Below are positions 37,565-49,100 of a stretch of 64,000 nucleotides of DNA, piece by piece. Source of the DNA: Ascoidea asiatica JCM 7603 (taxonomy: Eukaryota; Fungi; Ascomycota). The stretch covers positions 53,572 through 117,571 of the forward strand of contig BCKQ01000003.1 in NCBI GenBank assembly GCA_001600695.1, read 5' to 3'. Within the stretch, counting starts at the first letter, position 1; every line of letters begins with the position of its first letter. Position numbers and translations under genes: made by a program. The notes beneath the pieces were generated by a model. That model saw nothing but the letters and a program-made list of their open reading frames with translations, searched no databases and was not told the DNA's origin.

Positions 37565-38878
37565 TCATAATTTTCCAGTTTTCAACAATAACTCAATATT
37601 ATCTTTTAGTAATTCATCAGTATAAAATTTAGACGATCTAGCATTCTGTTCATTATATCCTTCATCTCCAGATAAAATTTTTAAAGAATTTGAATGAGAT
37701 TTTAAAAATTTATTAAAGAAATTAACAGGATCTTTCGAAAATTGATTATAAAAATCATATTTCAACTTGGATTGATGTAAAGACTGTATACCTAATAAAA
37801 TTTTACCTTCGAGATCTTTGATATCATTTTCATACAAATTATAGATTTCTTTAAGTTCCTCGTTATTATTAATTTCATCACCTCTATTATTGTTATTGGA
37901 ACCAGTGATTGGAGAATCTAAACTTGTATTTTTAGGTAATGAAATATCAATGTTTAAAATATTTTCACCTAATGTTGAAGATTTATCACATCTAATTAAA
38001 TAATTTATTGAAATTGGTTCAACAGGCTTTAATAATTTTTCAATATTTTTTAACAAATCATGAAATGTTATACTATCTTGACCAAAATTATTTGAAGTTG
38101 ATAATTCTTTTAAAGGAGCATCTAATTTTATCAAATTTAATAGATTCATTGATTTAGTCGAGCTAATATTATTATTTTCAATTGCATTTTCAATTATTAA
38201 ATCATTAATTAGAATATATTGCCATAAATAATAAACCAAATCAGGTTGAGATAATTCAGATTTGCCTAGAATTTGAATTAATAAATCTGGTAATCTAAAT
38301 CTTACTGGAAATTCTTTCGGTTGTAAAGTTATTTTACAATTTATATTTTTGTTTCCATTTCTTGTGATATCTAAACCATCAAAATTTTTGATTGATGGAT
38401 CTTCATGCCACTCGATAACAAATGGTTTATTCATATTATCTTGAGAAAATTGTTCAGCATCATCAGGAAATAAATCAACCGCGATTCCAGTTAATAATGA
38501 ACTAAATAGCTGCCTATTTTCAATCTGATTGCCATCTTTTAATAATCTACCTTCAATTCTTAAAGTCCAAGAAGGTACCTGATTTTGATTTGAACTGTTT
38601 TCATTTTTTTGCCATGGTTGATTTTGACAAGTATTATAGATAAATACCCTTAATATTTGATTCTCAATTTCAGGTTTCAAAGAATATTGTTGCATTTCAA
38701 ACCATTTTCTAGTTATATACAAATCTATTTTTTTTTCAGCCTCCTGTAATTTTCGAAGAATATCAACTTCAGGTATAATTTCATCTAAACTAGAAGGAAT
38801 AGTTATATCTGTTGGTCTCAAGCTTATTACAGGTTGAGGTATTGAAATTTGCTGAGCAGAGTTGACTTTTCTTGCCAT
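37565..38878 (-). CDS. SWI/SNF or RSC SWIB-domain subunit (Snf12/Rsc6 family)
   Basis: RPTD..IP...IIPE...L.EAEKKID, LRVFIYNT..NQPW, WTLRIEGRLL, FDGLDI.R and FSKDPV. SNF12 and RSC6 cannot be told apart by eye. Confidence 0.85.
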   Translation of the reverse strand: MARKVNSAQQISIPQPVISLRPTDITIPSSLDEIIPEVDILRKLQEAEKKIDLYITRKWFEMQQYSLKPEIENQILRVFIYNTCQNQPWQKNENSSNQNQVPSWTLRIEGRLLKDGNQIENRQLFSSLLTGIAVDLFPDDAEQFSQDNMNKPFVIEWHEDPSIKNFDGLDITRNGNKNINCKITLQPKEFPVRFRLPDLLIQILGKSELSQPDLVYYLWQYILINDLIIENAIENNNISSTKSMNLLNLIKLDAPLKELSTSNNFGQDSITFHDLLKNIEKLLKPVEPISINYLIRCDKSSTLGENILNIDISLPKNTSLDSPITGSNNNNRGDEINNNEELKEIYNLYENDIKDLEGKILLGIQSLHQSKLKYDFYNQFSKDPVNFFNKFLKSHSNSLKILSGDEGYNEQNARSSKFYTDELLKDNIELLLKTGKL

Positions 38879-39251
38879 TTTGTTGAAAAATTATTTTCAA
38901 TAAATTTTATAGTAGTAATAGAAAAGTTTTCGCAGAATAGGTTCTGGTCAGACTTAATCACTAAGACTAATAAATAAAACATTGTAGAAATTAATTTAAT
39001 AACAATCGTAAGCTTTCCCAAACACGCGAAAATAAAACCAGAAAAAATTGCACGTGCCGCTTAAGAAAACAAGAAATTAGATGGGAATTAGTGAGCTTAA
39101 TAATCTGCATAAGTAACGGTTTTGCACCGCCCCATTTCTACCTTTGACCGAAATGTCGTTGACCGGGTTAAACACCTGATTCTTCAGTTTGACAAAGTTC
39201 GATTAATACGCATTACTAAAAGCGCTGTGTGACTAGGCAATTGGGTTTTAA

Positions 39252-39484
39252 TTACATGGTTGATGAAAAAGATCATGGATTCAACTCTATATAAAATATA
39301 AAAGAGAAGAACAATTGAAGTTCTTTTATGTTTGACTGAGAGAATAAAAATTTTCTCAGTGGCAAACCGGAGTTGGCTCCGCACGTGTGTGAGTGTCCTC
39401 GGAAACAAGTGAACGTAATCCGGGAGTCACATGGTTTGGACCGCATGAGTCTGAATACGGCATCAGAAACCATCAACTATGGCA
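39252..39484 (-). repeat. 3' LTR (233 bp)
   Basis: Gapless alignment with 45305-45537; about 13 substitutions counted by eye (~94% identity). Confidence 0.92.
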
Positions 39485-42400
39485 CACCCCACTATTGCTA
39501 CACGGCACTTAGCAGAAGTGTTGTAGGCAATAGCACAAACAGCAAAAAAAACAGAAGAATAAGTAGGAAACAAAAAAAGACAAGAAAAATAGGTGAACAC
39601 CTAAAACAAAATAAGTAAACAAAATGAAAAATAAAACTAATTATAAAAAAATAAAACAAAGTAGTAACAAATAATTGATCAGTAAAAACCAAAACAAACT
39701 GTAACATAAACATAATAAAAACGTCTTAAACATCATTTGCAAAGTGTAATAAAATATTTGAAAAAAAAATTATAAGGTAAAAAAAAAAAAAAAAAACATC
39801 AGATTGATGGTTTCTGATTACTAACTGCCATCAATAATGAAAGCAATTTTGTGCCAGGAAAATGTTTTGTTCAAACAACAGCAGGATTTGAAATTCCAGA
39901 AACATGACTAATATCAACTTATTTTGATCCATATAGTTGCCTTAGGTTTTTACTTTTCTCTTTGATATGCCTCCTAGTTTTCAACTTGTTATAATCTTTA
40001 ATTACAGAGAGACGAGCTAGACTATCTGATAGTAAAGTTGCAGTAATATTATTATCATTAAACAGTTCTTCACAACGACCTTCGAAACATAATGTGGAAT
40101 TAAAGCAGGATGTGTTTTCAGCGTTCTATAATATATGTTGAGCTATGAGCTACTTTACACTCAGAACTACTCCAGTCAATAATATTATTAACCATTGTTG
40201 TAATAAAACCAAGCTGAGTATTACTGTTGAAGCCAGCATGACAATATGATATGATACTTGTTGAACTTTTAGTAAGACTTATACCATAATCTTTGGGTAT
40301 TTTAGATAACGGTAGAGATGTTTGATTTTGGCTAAGAGAAATTTTCTACCAGGAGAACTGGAGCATAAACTGACCTAAAAAGAAATGTCTGGTCTGGTTT
40401 GGGTGGCGAGCCACAATAACCGACCTAAAAGTCTTTGAATCTCAATATCTGGAACATGGATAGTATGTAAGCTTACGAGTGACCATTCTATTGGAGTAGT
40501 AAGACGATAAGGAGATTTAGCAGTTGTGATTGATTTCCAGCCTTGTTCTTGTAGGGTTGTAGTAATCTAATCTTTCTGTAATATAATAATGGATCCTGAT
40601 TTATATGAAAGATGACAGCCAAGAAAATAATCAGGTTGAAAAGCATTTTTTACCTGGTAAACCTTTTTAAGTTGCGCAATGAAGCAGTTACAGTAAAATT
40701 AGGTACCTACTAAGATGCAGTCGTCAACATGAAAACCTAGAATTAGCATAGGTTTATGATTGATAGTAATATAGTAGATATTAGACTCAGATTCACTTTC
40801 AGTAAGTATGTTATCTTCTATTGTTATGGTTGATAGGGATTGTTGAAGATGAAGATAAAAATTTAAGGCAGAATCCTGAAAGCCATAAGCTGCCTTGTTT
40901 AATGATAAGACATTTCACTTAAATATATGTTCGATACCCTCGGGAGTCCAGCAATATATTTGCCTTTCAGGAGTAGCATTAAGAAAAGCTGCACTAATAT
41001 CTAAACCGTATACTTGAAGATTAAACTCAATGGAAATTTTATGTAAAAGTTTAAAGGAGCTTTTATGCATAACGGGAGAATCGGTTGAAGTAGATAATTG
41101 ACCTTCTCTATTGCCTAATGCCACCAACCTTGCCTTATGTGTAATCTCATTTTTAAAAGTATCATATTTTTGTCTAATGATCCATACAAATTTATTAATA
41201 TTAGACCTTAAAATTCCTTTGATAATTTTAGATTCAACTTCTTCAAAGACATTTTGATTGATAAATACTTGAACATCTTTATCAACGGCCACTCGATAAT
41301 TAGGATTTTTGATAGCATCTTTATATTTCTTTGGAGCGATAACATCGGTAGGATCTATTTGAGTTGTATCATCTAAAAGGAAAGTTGGATAAAATATACG
41401 AGAAGGCTGATTAAACATTCGAATAAAGGTTGGATATTAAGGTGTTTGATTGATTATCTGTAGTTGTAACTGAGAATTGATTTTATTTAATGTATGATGT
41501 GTATAACATCTATTAAGATCAACTGTAATGACTTCCTTGCTAGGATAGAGAGGTAGTAGGAATTTATATGTAGCTGAAAGGTTATTGTAACCTATAAAAC
41601 ATCCAAGAACCTTTTCTGTTTTATAAAATATATAAGCATCTTCCATGAATCATGGTGATTTATTAAGTAAGAAGGGTTTTCTACCTAAAAATAATTCAAG
41701 TGGAAACTGTTTTGGTGATGAATCATACCAACGATTGCTTAATTGAGTAGCATATTAATAAGCATAAGGTCTGAAATATTCTAATAAGTTTATATTATCT
41801 TCAACAGTATGTAGTAATGAATCAACGAATCTTTTAATCTTTCGACACCTCGTTCAATTTTTGCATTAAAATATGCACTATAAGCAGGATGAGGAAGCTT
41901 ATATACTATCTCAAGTTTATTGAATTTAGATCCATTGTCTTTCTTGATAACACCAAGTTTAAATCCAGTAAGTGTTTCCCAAAAGGTAATTGTATCTGTA
42001 ACTGTGTTTGCAATATGACCTTTATTGACCACCTTATAAGTAGATATGTATCTAGAGTAATCATCCATCATGATTACATACCACTCTTTAGTTTTATTAG
42101 TTAAGGTATAAGGACCAACAGTATCCATATGAACAGTTTGGAGTAACCTTCTCGAGGAATTGCCAACATTACTTGTTTGAAATGAGTGTTTCATCTTGGT
42201 TCTAGATCAATTATCACATTGTTTTATGTCTCTTTCATTGTGAATAGTAATTTTATATCCCATATTTCTTATAATGGAAACAGATGGATGTCCATTTATA
42301 TAATGTTCTTCAAGTAAATCAGTAGCATTAGTAACGGTAACATTATAAATGGTTGATATTATATCTGGAGGATGATCAGTTGGTATAACAATAGAGGTTG

Positions 42401-45304
42401 TTTGATAACAATTTATACCCAAAGAAAATTTACCAACTGGATAAACATTAAGTTTATCTCTTATAAAAACTTCTTCAACATCAAAGGAAACAGAGATGTT
42501 AAAGATCTTAGACAATTGTTTAACAGAAATAATATTTATGTCAATTGAACGAACAACAACAGCAGGAATAGTATAAACAGTATCCTTATCTTTTATTTTA
42601 ATTGAAATTTCACCAACAACAATTGTAGGAGTTTGAGTTCCATTAGACATCTTAAGTAATATATTTGAAGGTCTGATATTGAATAAATGTTGTTCTAAAT
42701 CTGTAGCTACAATTGTATGACAAGCGCCTGAGTCTCTGACAGCAACGAACTATAGTTATTGAGAAGACACCACAGAAGAGGAAGCATCTTTACCAGAAGT
42801 TTTATCATTACCATTAACATGTGCACCCCGGAGATGATGTACTTTGCATCGTTTGCAAAAAAGTTTCTTATTAGAGTTACCTTTAAATTTCTTACCAACA
42901 GAAGATTTATCTTTAGTGGAAGAAGTATCATTAGCTTTAACAGTATCATCAAAAGCATAACCAGATTTACCACCAAGTTGAAAAGTATTTGCCAATTGTT
43001 TTTCAGGATAAATTAAATGAGTTAAATTATCTTTGACAATAATTTCTCTTACTTCTGAAAAAGTAATCTTCCTCTCAGAATGAAGATGTTTGAGCAAAGG
43101 TTTTCTTAAAGATATAGCAAGTTGAGGATATTTTTGAACCTCAAAATTACGTCTAGTAATTGTATAATGAGATCTCAAAGCATGTAACTCTGTATTGAAA
43201 AGTTGTGTGAATTCATCTTCTTTATGTTGAAGTTCAAGAAGAATATCTGTAAAAGCATCACTTGAGTATTCAGTTGTAGCATTCATTCTACCAATCACCT
43301 GCTCTATAGTAGTACCATTTGATTGAAGAGTAGAAACATAAGTGAAAATGTTTTTAGGAAAACTTTGAATATCTTCTGGAATATAAATATTTTTGAAGAC
43401 AGTTCCAATTAACCATTCACAAACAATACTTGAAAGAGTATCAAAATAAACCTTCCAATAAGATCTAGAGATATGACTTCTACCCCAATAGGCTTGATCA
43501 GATTCTAATGAAAAATCATTAGGAACATTTGTATTATAAACACAAACTAAATCATTTGACATTTTACCATGACAATAAGTAATCTTTTTAGTAATAACAC
43601 TGATATCAGAATTGGAATCTTGAGACTGAAAGCAGAAGTGTCAGTTGCAATTAATCTAGTTTGAGTAAAATTATCAAGATATAAAGGAGCTTGATTATAA
43701 TTGATAATAGTTGGAGCAACAGCAGTGGAAGAAGCATTTGCATTTGGGAGTGAATCATAAGAAGATTCAATTGGATCATATGGACTAGGCATGATAATAA
43801 AGTATTTGTAGATTGAAAATTAAAGTATTGAATTAATTGAGAAAGAGTTTGTGACTACAAATCTAAAAGACAATTCGATGAGAATTGGAAAGATTAATTG
43901 AATTATAACTTTTAAATTTTATGTGACACAATAAAATTAGATAGGTGAAGTAACAGCAAATTATGAATGAACTATTAATGAACGAGTCAGATAGAAGAAT
44001 TGTAGTTAGATTTGAAAAATATTGTAATATTTTTAATAATGGGAAAGCGAGTTTCAACACAGTCAAACATTTTCATAAAATAACTACCTGAAATTATTTG
44101 TTATGAACACCGAGATCACCACTTTTGTTTTATTTTGAAAAAACGTGACCAAATATGATAAACAAAACCATTATATGTTTTATTTGTTATATTTTGTAAT
44201 TTAAAATATGAAAAAATAGTTAGTTTTATTCAGAAATAGCAAAGAAATGATCAATCACTAGATAAATAATTATGACCACACACTGGTACATGTCACGGAA
44301 TTTGATTAGTCATTACACACATAAAGTTTCAGTTGACTAGTGAAATAGATAGGAACTTAACCATTGGACTTTTCTATACTTTTGAAACTCGGCCACCTAC
44401 ACTTAGAAACATCCCTTTATTTAAGAATTCATATCACAATCCTATATACACCTTCTTAAAACACCATTTGAAGGAGTAAAACCATATAGTAATACATTTG
44501 CTACCGTGCGGCTTTGCAGAAATGGCTGGGGAATTAACCATGAGCATTGAAAACATAAGCACCACGGTCCTTATATATTAACCTTTATTACCATTTCTAT
44601 GGCTCTAATAGAATTTGTAATTTTACAAATTTTAAAAATGAATAATAAAGAATTAGGTATAATAATGAGAATGCAAGTTTCTTGCTAACAGTTTTTAATC
44701 TTATAAACCATTTTGAAATTAAACTCAAGAAAGAACCTGAATAATAGAGCATAAAAAGCATTGCTTAGTTGGCTAGTTTAAATGTAATGTTGAAATGCAA
44801 TTCAAATTGTATAATAATATACGGCACTAAATGTTAAATAGAAAACAATTTAATTGAGCTTTATTTTATAGCCATTGAAGTTGAATGTTTTCATTGAATA
44901 TGGAGTTATTTTCAGTATTTTAAATTGATTTGAATAAATTGTATATTTCTTCACAATTGATTTTATTGATTATTGAATTTAGAAATTTGGTTGATTAATT
45001 ATCCTTGGTTTTTGAATTTAATAAAAGGAAATTTCAAGTGTAATCGTATAAATTTGAAACACAAATGTTCACATAGATAAACTTTTTAAACCATTTCAAA
45101 TTTCAATAAAATTTACTATTATATTTAAATGGATCAACAATTCAAACAAGTAAATTTTACCTAAAAACACCATCCTTTATTGTTTCAATTTTTAATTGAA
45201 TTACGCGAAAGTATTTAGAACGATAAACAGAGTGATTTTTAATTTGATTGAATTAAAGGTTAATCAGGTTTACCTGTTTTTGAAGTAGCAACAGGATCAT
45301 AGCT

Positions 45305-45537
45305 TTTCATGATTAATGAATAAGATCATGGATTCAACTCTATATAAAAAATAAAAGAGAAAAACAATTGAAGTTCTTTTATGTTTGACTGAGAGAATGA
45401 AAATTTTCTCAGTGGCAAACCGGAGTTGGCTCCGCACTTGTGTGAGTGTCCTCGAAAACAACTAAACGTAATTCGGGAGTCACATGGTTTGGACCGAATG
45501 AGTCTGAATACGGCATCAGAAACCATCAACTATGGCA
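45305..45537 (-). repeat. 5' LTR (233 bp)
   Basis: Direct repeat of 39252-39484. Starts TGCCATAG on the minus strand and is followed by PBS-like AGCTATGATCCTG. Confidence 0.92.
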
Positions 45538-46180
45538 TTTAATTTTGCTAATGTATAGACAGGCGTGTTTCTATCAAAAAACAAGCAGTAAAAAGCATGC
45601 ACAAAAAGGCTTTTCGTATAAAAGTCTTATACGCTAATGCAAATCCAGTATGTCAAAACCCACGTTGTTAATTACCCTTATTCCTATATTTTCTTTAATC
45701 TTTGCTTTCTGCATATTCTTTTACAGTCTTTTTTCTATTTAATCAAATAGCAGCTTTTAATTGTCATATCTGAGAATTCTTAATAGGTTTGATAACAGTT
45801 TTTAAACAAAACGTAGATCGATTGTAGTTGTATAAAAGCTTCAAGAACGCGCTCAATATAAATAATAAACTAAGGGGAATATAAAGTAAAAGAATCCATA
45901 TCAACGAAAAAAATTCTAAATTAATCGCACTATCGAACAAAAACCCTGTTAGTAGATTGAATATGGCTTGAAATTGTCCTTTACCTTATTGGATCAACTT
46001 TAATTGCAACTTACATAGTCAGATGCTGGGAATATCTAGAAATAATATATTAAATTCCTAGAGCATATTTACGATCATCACTTTCTTAGCAAAACTTTTT
46101 CTGCATGTCTTCTACCAGAAACTCTGTTTCTATATATTACAATGGTTTATCTTATTCCTCAAAATAAAATGAAATAAAAT

Positions 46181-49100
46181 CTAGTCTACTACACCATTTT
46201 TGTCTGATCCCGAACTTACCAATTCAAATGCATTATGCGACTGAGCTATTTGATTCTCATATACTTTCATTGGTGATAATGGCTGGACCTTTCTAACGCT
46301 AATGCTTTGGATACTACCTTTTGTATGAAGACTAAGTTGACTATTGTTTTCTCTTAATGATTTCTTTTTAGAAACCAAATTAGAATTAGAATTAGAGATA
46401 GAATTAGAGTTACTATTACTTCTGCTTTTTTTTAAACTTTTACTTTTTGAATTAGTATGATTTATAGAAATTATTGAAATCTCATCATCTAAATCAATAT
46501 CTGTATCAATACTGGTTCCAATACCTTGTTGAAATAGTTCCGTTGTTGAAATGGATCTGATTGACTTAAATTCAAAAAATTCTGAGCTATTTTCAAAAGC
46601 TGTTAGGTATTTTTCTAAAGATGCTGAGCCAGGTTCAAGATTTGTGATCAACGATATTTTTGATGTGGCTCTACTCAAATCTAGATTCAAACTCGATTTA
46701 GATTTTTTCGTACTTGATTTTCCTAACAAGCTGGAACTTCCCTTACCCAAAATACTATTCAAGGATCTACTTTCTTTTGTCATCTCATTGATTAAATCGG
46801 AATATTCATTACCAGACATCTCATTTCGGCTTTGTTCAATTATTTTATCATAATCAACTTCTTCAGTAGTCATATTGAATGATTCAGATGATGAGTTCAT
46901 TGATGCTTCAGGTGTTCTTATTTCAAATTTTCCATACTCATTTGAATTTTTATTTTCATTCTTATTTTCTGCTTCCAATAGCATATGCTTTCTTCTTTTA
47001 GTCATTTTTAGCGGCCCTTTAAAATTTTCAACGGGTTTACCTGAAATATTTATTTTATCCTTATATTTTCTTTCATATAAGTTGAAACTGTCATTTGGCA
47101 CTGTATCTTCATATATAGGTAATAACTCTTTCCCAGATCCATTAGCTGAAGATAATGGGGATGATTTAGCCAAAGGCTTATCCTTTGAGATTAATCTACC
47201 TTTTTGTATATGAGATTTCTGTCTTTTATGCCTATGTCTTTTTTCTTCAATATCTTCATCACTTTCATTTTCAATTGTTATTTTTAGACGATTTTTAATA
47301 TTGAAGCTTACTCTTGCCGCAATAACTTTTTTGAGATATTCATTCCAAGCTTTGTAATCCTCCTTATTCAATTTGGAATACGATATTTGCTCATCATTGA
47401 TATTACGACCAATTATTAGAGGCTTTTCTAGAGTTTTTGAAGACATCGATCTTGGTATATATCCTTTGATTGGCATTTTCTGTTCCTCGGTATATGATAC
47501 ATTAATTGTAGGCTCTATGGGTGATGTGCTTATAATTGCATTTTTCTGAGATGCTGAACTACTGTCTCTGCTGTCTACTTCAGATAGATTGATATCCGAA
47601 ATAATTTTTTCATCCTTCCTCTTTAAATTATCTTTTTCTTTTTCAATCAAATTGTCTGATTCCTTAGATTGCTTATTATCTAACTCCTGATCTACAATAT
47701 CGATATCATTTTCTATATACGACTTCTTGGCTTCTCTTAAGCTTAAATTAACATCATCAAAGTCCTTATCCGAAGACAAAATAATATGTTCAGTTTCAAC
47801 AACTTCCTTATTATCGGGTGAGTTTAATGCTTTTTCCGTAACAGTGTCTATATCTTTTGATATTAATTTAGTATTATTTTTTTCCTCTGAGTTAGAATGA
47901 TTCATATTGAAAGGTGACAATAATTTTCTTGTTGAGCTTAAATGCAAGCCTTGTAATGCTAATATTCCGGATGTAGAATAAAGTGATGAACCTTCACTGT
48001 TATTATCTATACTATCTAACAATATAGTATTTCTTGGTGTCATATTCAGGTTGTTATTAATTCCCACAGTCGATATATCTTTCATGTGTGAATCTTCCAA
48101 ATACTCATTATTTAAAATTACACTCCCTTTTCTTTCATGTTTATTTTCTGCAAATGACAAATTTTTGGTGATCCCCTTAGTCTCTTCACTAGAAGTTTGA
48201 TTAGAATTATTTGTTGGAGTTTTATATTCTTTTACCAGAGATTGGTCAAAACCTTTCTTAACATGCTGCGCTTCTAAAAAAGATTTATTCTCTAAAACTT
48301 GATAATTAATCTCATTTGATGTTTTTTCGTTTTCACTATTACTTAATAATTTATCGTCACCTATGACATTATCAATTTTTCTATCTTTACCAGAAGACCC
48401 AGTCAAAATTGAGTTATTTGTCTGACCAGCGTCTTTAAGTTGTTGAAGTTTATCATCAAGCTCTCTTAGTTTAACAGTGTTCGCAGATGCAGTGGATCTA
48501 AAATCTAAATAACTCCAACTGTTTTCTCCTATAGTTTCCTTTTGACTTCCAGTTGGGGTTATTAACATTAATTTGTTATCCTTGGCTATTGAGGTATATT
48601 TGATTTGAGATTTAATATCTGGTGAAATTTTGAGTAATTGGTAAATAAGATGAGTTTTTGTTTTATGTTCTAAAAAGTAGTCAGTAGATGTGGAATGTAT
48701 ATCTTTATTAGAATCCAAAAGTGATGGTTTGGTTACTTTTTTATTTGAAGCCAGCTTATAATACTTCGATAAATTATCTTGTTTCAAGTCATAACCAAAT
48801 TCCAATAAATGTGACGGTAAAATAGTTTTCAATACTAAATCATTTGTAGAGGAAGTGTCACTAGAATTGCTACCAAAAATTTTATCAAATTTTTGATTTA
48901 ATGCTTGTCGATTTGAATAGTTTGGTCTGATTAAAGGATCCTTATTGTCAGATTTTTTGAAAAGAATATATTTAGTTCTGGGTTTGTTAGACAAAAAACT
49001 AGTTTTACCAGCAAAGGCAATTGTGTCATTCAGTTTATCTTTATTATAGTCTTTAACATAGTATTTATGGTTTTTAGATATGTTCGAGTTTTTATTATAT

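Larger units (their letters stand above)
39252..45537 (-). mobile_element. Full-length decayed Ty1/copia (Ty5/Tca-like) retrotransposon, 6.3 kb
   Basis: Two 233-bp direct repeats, TSD TTTAA (39247-39251, 45538-45542) and PPT AGTGGGGTG abutting the 3' LTR. Domains: gag (43792-42756), PR DSGA (42734-42723), integrase HMDTVGP..MMDDYSR, RT KARLVALGN/LDISAAFLN and RNase H HVSGISNPA..TK, ending at ~39798. Confidence 0.92.

Noticed and set aside
39184-39713. Short ORFs, one duplicated at 45326-45529
   Set aside because: They fall in the LTR and 3' UTR of the retrotransposon; the duplication is the LTR itself.
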